Below are positions 8,247 through 16,210 of a DNA stretch of 35,009 nucleotides, piece by piece. The first letter of the stretch is position 1. Every line of letters begins with the position of its first letter. Position numbers and translations under genes: made by a program. The notes beneath the pieces are model-generated. The model saw nothing but the letters and a program-made list of their open reading frames with translations, was not told the origin of the DNA and made no database searches. The stretch comes from Candidatus Methylomirabilota bacterium (GTDB lineage Bacteria; Methylomirabilota; Methylomirabilia; Rokubacteriales; CSP1-6): assembly GCA_046726415.1 (NCBI GenBank), contig JBKPAK010000021.1, positions 1-35,009 on the forward strand, read 5' to 3'.

Positions 8247-8388
8247 TGACCTCCGCTCACCTGTCGTCCTACGCCCCGCGATGGCCTCCGCGAGCAGGCC
8301 GTCCCTCACCCCGTGATGGCCTCCCCGAGCGGCCCGTCCTTCCCCCCGTGATGGTTTCCATGAGCCCATCGTCCTTCGCCTACTGATG
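8230..8388. repeat. Degenerate tandem array with an exact 35-bp period at the grdE-like/grdC junction
   Basis: Units start at 8230, 8265, 8300, 8335 and 8370, each with GATG in the same register. First and last share TTCGCCTACTGATG. Confidence 0.85.
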
Positions 8389-9846
8389 CCCGTCGTCGTC
8401 GTCCGCGGCGCGCGAGCGTTTCTCGCTCACACGCCGGGGCTGGTGCGCCATGGGTCGAAGCCCGCCCGCGAGCTGGCACGAGATCCCTCGCTGCTGGATC
8501 GCCTTTCAGCACGTCTGCGACCCTACGAGGCGGCCGCGGCCTATCCGCCCAACCGCGTGTTCCTGGGGGCACTCTTTCCCGACGCGCTCGCGGCCCTCCC
8601 GCGGCCGTGGTTCGCGGCGCCCGGGCCTGCCGACGCCCGTGGGCGGCACGGCTTTTTCATGGCAGAGGAAGCATTCTACGGTTTCCTCAAGGCCGACGAT
8701 GAGTTCGACGTCGTCTGGCTCGATGAGGGATTCGTGGCGGGAGTCCGGGAATCCCTCATCCGCCATCCGCTAACCACGCCGGATGACCTCGATCGAATTG
8801 GCGGGGGCAAACCGGCCTCCGCGATCCGGACGCGCTTGGAGACCGAGGGCGCCCTGCCCCTGATGCTTCCCGGCGGGCGGTTGGTCGGATGCGTGGGCCG
8901 GGCTCACGAGGAGGATGCCGCGCTCGCCGCCGACATTCTCTTGGAGAACCTGGCGGCAAAGACCACGGCCGTCTTGGCCCTCCGCACGCTCATCGCCGAT
9001 GGCCTCGCCGAGGCGGCGGCGATTCCCTACGTGATCAATTGTGGCGAGGAGGCGGTGGGCGATCGCTACCAGCGCGGGGGCGGCAATCTCGCCAAGGCCG
9101 TCGCCGAGCGGTGCGCATGCCACCGGGCCAGCGGCGCCGACGTCAAGGCTTTTTGCTGCGGCCCCGTCCATGCGCTCGTCATGGCCGCCGCTCTGGTGGC
9201 GGCGGGGATCTTCGAGCAGGTCGCGGTCGTGGGCGGCTGCTCGCTCGCCAAGCTCGGCATGAAGTTTCAGGGGCATCTGGCCAAGGGGCATCCGATCATC
9301 GAAGACGTGCTCGCCGGTTTCGCGGCGCTGATCGGCCGGGACGACGGATACTCCCCGATTCTCCGCATGGACGCGATCGGACGCCACACCGTGGGGGCTG
9401 GCGGGGCACAGCAGGCCATCCTCCAAGCCCTCGCGGCGGAACCACTGGAACATATCGGCCTCCGTCTGAGCGACGTGGACCGCTACGCGACGGAGTTGCA
9501 CAATCCCGAGGCCACGGAGCCGGCGGGCAGCGGCAACGTCCCGCTCCTGAACTATCGCCTGTTGGCCGCCCTCGCCATCGCGCGAGGCGAGATCCCGCGC
9601 GACGCGCTGGGGGATTTCGTCGCGCGCCACGGCATGCCCGGCTTCTCGCCGACGCAGGGCCACATTGCTTCGGCTGTGCCATTTCTCGCGCATGCCATCG
9701 ATGGCCTCACCAGCGGGTCTCTGCGACGTATCATGTTTCTGGCCAAGGGCAGCCTGTTCCTGGGGCGCATGACTCAGATGTCGGACGGGCTATCCTTCAT
9801 ACTCGAACGCAATCCATCGGGAGAACGGGAGGACCGATTTCGATGA
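8386..9846 (+). CDS. grdC: Glycine/sarcosine/betaine reductase component C, beta subunit
   Basis: CGEEAVGDRYQRGGGNLAKA, AKLGMK, ELHNPE, GMPGFSPTQGHI, KGSLFLGRMT. Confidence 0.92.
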   Translation: MPVVVVRGARAFLAHTPGLVRHGSKPARELARDPSLLDRLSARLRPYEAAAAYPPNRVFLGALFPDALAALPRPWFAAPGPADARGRHGFFMAEEAFYGFLKADDEFDVVWLDEGFVAGVRESLIRHPLTTPDDLDRIGGGKPASAIRTRLETEGALPLMLPGGRLVGCVGRAHEEDAALAADILLENLAAKTTAVLALRTLIADGLAEAAAIPYVINCGEEAVGDRYQRGGGNLAKAVAERCACHRASGADVKAFCCGPVHALVMAAALVAAGIFEQVAVVGGCSLAKLGMKFQGHLAKGHPIIEDVLAGFAALIGRDDGYSPILRMDAIGRHTVGAGGAQQAILQALAAEPLEHIGLRLSDVDRYATELHNPEATEPAGSGNVPLLNYRLLAALAIARGEIPRDALGDFVARHGMPGFSPTQGHIASAVPFLAHAIDGLTSGSLRRIMFLAKGSLFLGRMTQMSDGLSFILERNPSGEREDRFR

Positions 9847-10307
9847 CGCTCAAGGACAAGAAAGTGATTGCCATCGGCGAGCGGGACGGCGTTCCCGGTT
9901 CGGCCATCACCCGCTGCGCCCAGGAGGCGGGCGCTGATGTGGTCATGGAGATGACCCACTGCTTCGTCTGAACGGCCGCTGGCGCCCTTGACCTGGAGGG
10001 TCAAGAGACGATCAAGCGGGTGGCCGAGCGCTACTCCCGCGAAGAATTGGTCGTGCTCATCGGCACCCCGAATCCAGAGAGTAGCGAGCTGGTCGCGACC
10101 ACACTCACCGAAGGTGACCCGACGTGGGCCGGGGTCCTTGCCGGCGTTCGGCTCGAACTATCGGTGTTTCACATCACCGAGGAGAGCATCAAGGCACTGG
10201 TTCCGCCCGATGTCTATCACTCCCAGGTCGGCCTGGCCGAGGTGGCGCTGGACACCGGAGCGATCGGCGAGGTCGTCCAGCATGTTCGCACCCGCGTGAG
10301 CGGGTGA
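9843..10307 (+). CDS. grdA: Glycine reductase selenoprotein A, 154 aa, Sec43 at UGA 9969-9971
   Basis: ATGA overlap with the grdC stop; KKVIAIGERDGVPG, then CFV-U-TAAGALDLE and GDPTWAGVLAGV in one frame. Confidence 0.93.
9987..10005 (+). promoter_or_regulatory. Bacterial SECIS-like hairpin for grdA
   Basis: CTTGACC-TGGAG-GGTCAAG stem-loop, separated from the UGA by 15 nt. Confidence 0.75.
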
Positions 10308-10315
10308 TGAACGCT

Positions 10316-10340
10316 GGGGGGGGCGGGCGCCGCTCCTCCC
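10316..10340. repeat. GC-rich hairpin (REP-like or terminator-like) after grdA
   Basis: A G-run plus CG pairs with CGCTCCTCCC using G-U wobbles; no U-tract. Confidence 0.4.
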
Positions 10341-10371
10341 GATCGCGCTGCGGCCACTTCGGCGAGCGCCG

Positions 10372-11661
10372 ATGAGATCCCTGGCACCCCGGGGAAGCAG
10401 GTCGCGCGCGAACCAATGGCTCCTCCTTGCCCTGGCCGTCGCGGTGCTCGGCCTGCATGCCGAGCGACTCGAGGCCGCCGAGTCGTCGTGGGTCGAAGCA
10501 TGGATGGCGCAGCCCGGAGCGACGGGAACATGGTTTGGGCTGCGCGAGCGTCTCGACCGACTGGGCGTCACCCCGACGATCACCTACACGACGGATCTGA
10601 TGGGCAATCCCATCGGGGGGCGCCGGCAGGGCGTGGCCTACGCGGCCCAGCTCAACGTCGACGTCTTCGTCGATCTCGGGAAGCTGGCCGGGCTCAAGGG
10701 GCTGGCGCTCGACATCTCGGGGAACTGGGCATCCGGCACCGACCTCTCCACCGACGACATCGACAACTTCTTCATCGTGTCGCAGGCCTTCGCCGGCGAC
10801 CGGCTCCGCCTGTACACGCTGTACCTCGATCAGGCGTTGCTCGACGGAAAACTCGACATCAAGGTGGGACGGTTCGCGCCGGGTGACGACTTCCTGAGCT
10901 GGCCACAGTACTCCTTCCTCGTGAACATCGCCCTCAACCCGGCGGTCTTCGCGACCCAGGTGAACGTCCCCGGCTTTACCGCATCACCCATCGGGACCTG
11001 GGGCGCGCGGATCCGCGCGAAGCCGGTGGAGTCCTTCTCGGCCACGGCGGGAATCTACTATTCCGACCCGTCGCGCAACCTGCTGAACACGACCGGTCTC
11101 GACCTTGGCATCGACACCACGGGCACGGGCTATCTCGGAATCGCCGAGTTCGCCTACTACAACAACCAGGGGGCCTCCGCCGCCGGTCTCCCCGGAACTT
11201 ACCGGTTCGGCGGCTATTACGACTCGAACCGGTTTCCCACGTTTGCCGACCCTCTCACGAAGCGCCGGGGCAACTGGGGGCTCTTTGTTCTGGTGGATCA
11301 GGTCGTGTATCGCGAGGACCCTCCGGGCAGCGGGCAGGGGCTGGGGCTCGCCGGCACCTTCGTGGCGGCGCCGGACCAGAGCATCAACACGATCCCCTAC
11401 TTCGCGGCGGTGGGGGCCGTCTACCGCGGGCTCTTCCCCCGGCGTGACAAGGACGCGCTCGCCTTCGCCGTCTACTACGGAGCGTTCAGCCGCGACCTGC
11501 CGGGGCAGAAGTCGGAGACCGTCCTCGAGCTGACCTACAGCCTCGTGCTGGCGCCCTGGCTCAGCATCCAGCCCGACATTCAGTACGTCATCAATCCGAA
11601 CGGCCGGACGAACGTCAAGAACGCGCTGGTGATCGGTACGCAGATCTCGGTGACGTTCTGA
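10372..11661 (+). CDS. Carbohydrate-selective porin, OprB family
   Basis: Signal peptide, TGTWFGLRERL, KVGRF, ELTY, IQPDIQYVINP and a C-terminal Phe. Confidence 0.9.
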   Translation: MRSLAPRGSRSRANQWLLLALAVAVLGLHAERLEAAESSWVEAWMAQPGATGTWFGLRERLDRLGVTPTITYTTDLMGNPIGGRRQGVAYAAQLNVDVFVDLGKLAGLKGLALDISGNWASGTDLSTDDIDNFFIVSQAFAGDRLRLYTLYLDQALLDGKLDIKVGRFAPGDDFLSWPQYSFLVNIALNPAVFATQVNVPGFTASPIGTWGARIRAKPVESFSATAGIYYSDPSRNLLNTTGLDLGIDTTGTGYLGIAEFAYYNNQGASAAGLPGTYRFGGYYDSNRFPTFADPLTKRRGNWGLFVLVDQVVYREDPPGSGQGLGLAGTFVAAPDQSINTIPYFAAVGAVYRGLFPRRDKDALAFAVYYGAFSRDLPGQKSETVLELTYSLVLAPWLSIQPDIQYVINPNGRTNVKNALVIGTQISVTF

Positions 11662-11845
11662 GTTGGTCCACGATTAGATCGGATGGGAACGTCGCGCGGC
11701 TCCCCTGCCTGACCGTGGTGGTGGCCAATGGCAAGGGCGTGACACTCTCGCGAGAGCGGGGGGCCGGACTTGTTCGGCTCGGTCGCCGCCCGCAGGGCCG
11801 GTGAGGGCGATGCCGAGACACTGGGAGTCCATCGAGGGTGCGCAG

Positions 11846-12289
11846 TACCTCAAGGGCATCGACAACGCCACCTACTACATCATGACCGACGATCCGCGCG
11901 CGCCGTACGCGGACTACTCCGGCTGCGGCAACACCGTGCGCGCCGCCAATCGGGCGGTCCGCCATCTGATCCGGGAGAGCCTTCGCTACTGGGTGACCGA
12001 GATGCACGTGGAAGGCTTCCGGTTCGACCTGGCCGCGGTGGCTGCCCGCGGTCCCGACGGTTCGGTGGGCGTGGACGATCCACCCCTGTTCGGCGACCTC
12101 ACCATCCTCGAGCTGGCGGGCGTGCGGCTCATCGCCCAGCCGTGGGATGCCGGTGGACTCTATCAGCTGGGCAGCAAGTTCCCCGGGCTGCGCATGCGGC
12201 AGTGGAACGGCCGCTTCCGGGACGACGTGCGCCGCTTCGTCCGCGGCGATGCGGGCATGGTCGGGACTCTGATGGCTCGCCTGTACGGA
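11846..12289 (+). pseudogene. glgX: Internal fragment of a glycogen debranching enzyme / isoamylase (GH13)
   Basis: KGIDNATYY, YSGCGNT, SLRYWVTEMHVEGFRFDLA, IAQPWD, WNGRFRDDVRRF. Both termini are missing; it lies within ORF 11801-12451. Confidence 0.85.
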
Positions 12290-12451
12290 AGGCGGGTCGG
12301 GCGCACGCCGCGGCGAGCGTGGTGCCCGAGACCGTCTGGAGCACCAGCCGGGCGCGAGCCGGGGATGGCCATGGTCGCGGATCGAAGGCCAGGTCGGCCA
12401 GCGATCCACGCCTTCGATGTGGGTTGGCCCAGAACCGTTCCAGCGCTTTGA

Positions 12452-14119
12452 TCATCGCGGGTACTTCTCTATGAGCTCGGCCTTCAAGGCTTGGTCCACG
12501 ATGGCCTGGGCCTCCTCTTGGATCCGGCGCAGATGCTCGAGGCCTTTGAAGCTCTCGGCGTAGATCTTGTAGACCGGTTCGGTTCCGGACGGGCGCGCGG
12601 CGAACCAGCCGCTGGCCGTCAAGACTTTGATGCCGCCGATGGGCTCGCCGCCTCCCGGTGCCGTGGTCAGGACCCTCGTGATCCGTTCGCCGGCCAGCTC
12701 GCTCACTCCGAGACGCTCCGGGGTGAGCCGGGCCAGCGCTGCCTTTACCTCCGGTGTGGCCGGCGCATCGATTCGCTCGTAGACGGGCTCTCCGAACTCG
12801 CGCGTGAGCGCCGCATATCGTTCGCCCGGATCGCGTCCAGTTCGGGCCGTCATCTCCGCGGCCAGCAGACCGGGGATGAGCCCATCCTTGTCGCTGGTCC
12901 ATACGCGCCCGTCCCGCTGCAGGAATGAGGCGCCCGCGCTCTCCTCTCCGGCAAACCCGAGCGAACCGTCGAGGAGACCGTTCACGAACCACTTGAACCC
13001 GACCGGCACCTCCTTGAGCCGGCGGCCGAGCCTCGTCGCCAGCCGATCGATCATGCTGCTGCTGACAATAGTCTTGCCGACCGCGGCGTCGGCGCGCCAC
13101 CTGGGGCGATGTCGATAGAGATAATCGATGGCCACCGCCAAGTAGTGGTTGGGGTTCAGGAGCCCCGCCCGGCGGCTCACGATGCCGTGGCGGTCAGCGT
13201 CCGGGTCGGCGGCGAAGGCCAGATCGAACTGTTCGCGCAGTCCGATGAGGCGGGTCATGGCGTAGGGCGATGACGGGTTCATCCGGATGGCGCCATCCCA
13301 GTCCACAGTCATGAAGCGGAAGGTCGGATCGACCTCGCGGTTGACCACGTGCAGCTGGAATCCATATCGCTCGCCGATGGACTCCCAGTAGTCCACGCTG
13401 GCCCCGCCGAGCGGATCCACCCCGATGGCCAGCCTGCTTCCCCGGAGGACGTCCATGTCGATGACCGAGCCGAGCGCCCCCACGTAGGCGTCGCGGTAAT
13501 CAAATGGGTGGTTGGTGGCGGCCCGATATGCGCGCGGGAAAGAATGGCGCGCGACCTCGCGCAGATCGTTGGCGATGATCGCGTTGACCCGCTCCTCGAT
13601 CCACGCGGTAACGTGCGTGTCAGCGGGCCCTCCGGTAGGCGGGTCGTACTTGAACCCGCCGAACTCCGGGGGATTGTGAGATGGGGTGATGACGATTCCG
13701 TCGGCCAACCCCGTGGTGCGATCGCGGTTGTACGCGAGGATCGCCTGCGAGATGACCGGGGTGGGCGTGTAGCTCTCGCCGCTGTCGAGCATCACGTCGA
13801 CCCCGTTGGCGGCCAGCACCTCCAAAGCGCTCCGTCGGGCAGGCTCGGAGAGGGCGTGCGTGTCCCAGCCCAGGAAGAGTGGGCCGTCGATGCCGTGCGC
13901 GCGTCGATACAGGCAAATGGCCTGGGTGACGGCGAGGATGTGGGCCTCGTTGAATCCGCAGGCGAGCGATGAGCCCCGGTGTCCCGAGGTGCCGAAGACC
14001 ACCCGCTGTTCGGCCACCGCTGGATCCGGCCGTTCGGTGTAGTACGCCGCCACCAGCGACGGCACGTGAACGAGCATGTCGGACGTCGCGGGTTTTCCGG
14101 CCAGTGGGCTGACGCTCAT
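12452..14119 (-). CDS. pgm: Phosphoglucomutase (alpha-D-glucose-phosphate specific)
   Basis: MSVSPLAGKPA, FGTSGHRG, TPSHNP, DPDADR, GEESAG, RPSGTE; ATG 14119 overlaps the glk stop. Confidence 0.95.
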   Translation of the reverse strand: MSVSPLAGKPATSDMLVHVPSLVAAYYTERPDPAVAEQRVVFGTSGHRGSSLACGFNEAHILAVTQAICLYRRAHGIDGPLFLGWDTHALSEPARRSALEVLAANGVDVMLDSGESYTPTPVISQAILAYNRDRTTGLADGIVITPSHNPPEFGGFKYDPPTGGPADTHVTAWIEERVNAIIANDLREVARHSFPRAYRAATNHPFDYRDAYVGALGSVIDMDVLRGSRLAIGVDPLGGASVDYWESIGERYGFQLHVVNREVDPTFRFMTVDWDGAIRMNPSSPYAMTRLIGLREQFDLAFAADPDADRHGIVSRRAGLLNPNHYLAVAIDYLYRHRPRWRADAAVGKTIVSSSMIDRLATRLGRRLKEVPVGFKWFVNGLLDGSLGFAGEESAGASFLQRDGRVWTSDKDGLIPGLLAAEMTARTGRDPGERYAALTREFGEPVYERIDAPATPEVKAALARLTPERLGVSELAGERITRVLTTAPGGGEPIGGIKVLTASGWFAARPSGTEPVYKIYAESFKGLEHLRRIQEEAQAIVDQALKAELIEKYPR

Positions 14120-15111
14120 GAGAACGGCCCCTCGGCGACCAGGCGACTCGCGACATGCGCCGCCCCCAGCAGGGGCGCGCGGGTGTTCAAGGCCAAGCGG
14201 ACGGGAAATGATTCCAGCAAAGTCGCCATGCGGCCCTTGTCGCGGAAGGCTCGGACGAACGTCCCGTCTTCCAGGCGCGCCCTGATCCGGGGCGCGATGC
14301 CGCCGCCGATGTACACGCCGCCCGCGGCGAGCACGGTGAGCGCCAGGTTGCCGGCCACCGCGCCATAGATCGAGGCGAACAGCTCCAGCGTTTCGACGCA
14401 CACGGCGTCCGTGCCGGCCAGCCCCGCCTCGCTCACCGCAGCGCTCGGATCACCACTGGCGATACAGTCCCGTAGCCATGCCGGCTCGAGGACCCCCCGT
14501 GCGCCACGGAGGTAGCGATAGATGTTGAACAGCCCGGGGCCGGACAGCACGCGCTCATAGCTCACCCGGCCGAATTCATGCTGGAGAAAGACCAGCAACT
14601 CCCCCTCTCGCTCGTCGCGGGGCGCAAAGTCCACATGCCCCCCCTCGGACGGGACCACGAGATGGCGGACGCCGTCCCACACCATCAAGGCCTCGCCGAG
14701 GCCGGTTCCCGCCGCCACCAGCGCCATGTGGCCCACGTGCGTCGTGCCTTCTTGAAGCGTGGCGAGTTCCGTGGACGGCAAGCGGAGGACTCCCCAGGCC
14801 ATGGCCTCGAGGTCGTTGAGGAGCGCGGCACGGGCTACCGGGATTTCGCGGGCCAGGAGGCGCTCGTCGAGCATCCATGGCAGATTGGTCGTCGTGCAAC
14901 GTCCGTCGACCACCGGGCCGGCCACGCCGAAGCAGGCGGCACCGAGCGCCGGACTGGGGTGCGCCTCGAGGAATCGACGGACGATTGTCTCGAGGCTCGG
15001 AAAATTCTGGCTCGGGTACCGCTCCTCGTGCACCACACGAAGCTGGCTATTCACCGTGTCGAAGAGGGCGAGTTCCGTCTTCGTCCCGCCCACGTCCCCG
15101 GCGAGGATCAG
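14116..15111 (-). CDS. glk: Glucokinase; probable CTG start at 15111
   Basis: ILAGDVGGTK, GVAGPV, LNDLEA, GTGLG, SEGGH, GGGIAP. Confidence 0.92.
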   Translation of the reverse strand: MILAGDVGGTKTELALFDTVNSQLRVVHEERYPSQNFPSLETIVRRFLEAHPSPALGAACFGVAGPVVDGRCTTTNLPWMLDERLLAREIPVARAALLNDLEAMAWGVLRLPSTELATLQEGTTHVGHMALVAAGTGLGEALMVWDGVRHLVVPSEGGHVDFAPRDEREGELLVFLQHEFGRVSYERVLSGPGLFNIYRYLRGARGVLEPAWLRDCIASGDPSAAVSEAGLAGTDAVCVETLELFASIYGAVAGNLALTVLAAGGVYIGGGIAPRIRARLEDGTFVRAFRDKGRMATLLESFPVRLALNTRAPLLGAAHVASRLVAEGPFS

Positions 15112-16097
15112 CGCCGCCCCTCCACGAACTTTTCGGCGAGCGACACGTCCTCGCGACTGCCGATCATGAGGGGAACTCGTTGATGGGAAGACGTCGGATG
15201 GATGTCGAGAATACGCTCACGGCCGGTGCTGGCCCGCCCGCCGGCCTGCTCCACCAGGAAGCCCATGGGTGCGGCTTCATACTGCAGCCGGAGCTTGCCA
15301 TGGGCCTTGCCGTCAGCGCCCGTCACCGCGGGATAGAGAAAAATGCCACCCTCGAGGAGCGTGCGGTGGACGTCGGCGACCATGGAGCCCACGTAGCGCG
15401 CGGTATATGGGCGCCCCGTCGACGGGTCGGGAGCGCGCAGATACTCGATGTAGCGGGCGATCCCCGGCGGCCACCCGAGAGCGTTCCCATCGTTCACGCT
15501 GTAGATGCGCCCGCGGCTGGGAATTCGGATGTCCTCGTGCGAGCGGATGAACTCGCCGATGGTCGGCTCCAGGGTAAAGCCGTGCGCACCATGGCCCGCC
15601 GCGTACACCAGCACCGTGCCGGGCCCGTACATGATGTAGCCCGCCGCCACCTGGGCCGAGCCCGGCTGGGTCGCGTCGGCGGCCACCGTCTCGCGTCCCG
15701 CGCCGAGCCGGAGACGCACCGAGAAGATGGTGCCGACGATGCCGTTGACGTCGAGGTTCGAGGAGCCATCGACGGGGTCGATGCAGACCACGTACTTGCC
15801 GTCGCCGAGATCAAGGGGCTCGTCCATCTCTTCGGAGACGACGATGCTCACCCGCCCGCTCGCTTCCAGGGCACGCACGATGACATCGTTCGCCCACGCG
15901 TCGAGCTTTTTCACGTGCTCACCCTGGACGTTGGTGCGGCCCGTCTCGCCCAGCCGTCCAAGCAGGGCCGCCTGGGACAGCTCGCGCGCGATGAGCTTGC
16001 CGGCCACGGCAATCTGCTCGAGCACCACGGCGAGGTCCCCGAGACCGGAGCCCGGCGAGCGAAGTTGCTGGGCGAGGCGCAGCGCAATGTCGTTCAT
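15108..16097 (-). CDS. fbp: Fructose-1,6-bisphosphatase class I
   Basis: NVQGE..KKLD, SEE, DPVDGSSN, RYVGSMVADVHRTL, KLRLQYE. Confidence 0.95.
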   Translation of the reverse strand: MNDIALRLAQQLRSPGSGLGDLAVVLEQIAVAGKLIARELSQAALLGRLGETGRTNVQGEHVKKLDAWANDVIVRALEASGRVSIVVSEEMDEPLDLGDGKYVVCIDPVDGSSNLDVNGIVGTIFSVRLRLGAGRETVAADATQPGSAQVAAGYIMYGPGTVLVYAAGHGAHGFTLEPTIGEFIRSHEDIRIPSRGRIYSVNDGNALGWPPGIARYIEYLRAPDPSTGRPYTARYVGSMVADVHRTLLEGGIFLYPAVTGADGKAHGKLRLQYEAAPMGFLVEQAGGRASTGRERILDIHPTSSHQRVPLMIGSREDVSLAEKFVEGRR

Positions 16098-16210
16098 GGT
16101 CGGGCTCCCGTCCGTCTAGACTCGGTCGCAATCCGCGCGGCCGCCCAGGGGGACCTCTCGGCCTGATGGTACGGTAACTCGCCACACGACGCCATGGTAA
16201 GGAGGATAGC

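Noticed and set aside
8230-8388. CRISPR or MITE insertion with a target-site duplication
   Set aside because: The whole insert is periodic at 35 bp with no unique spacers or terminal inverted repeats; the flanking 14-bp match is part of the array.
5606-10307. grdB and grdA as nonsense pseudogenes
   Set aside because: Both TGAs fall at the family's known Sec positions and are followed by SECIS-like hairpins and conserved in-frame sequence.
14120-14401. N-terminal extension of pgm in the ORF track (likewise for HAD, tusA, citrate synthase, AsmA, Tim44 and UDG)
   Set aside because: The extensions overlap neighbouring genes or promoters; family similarity and RBS or stop-start coupling point to the downstream starts.
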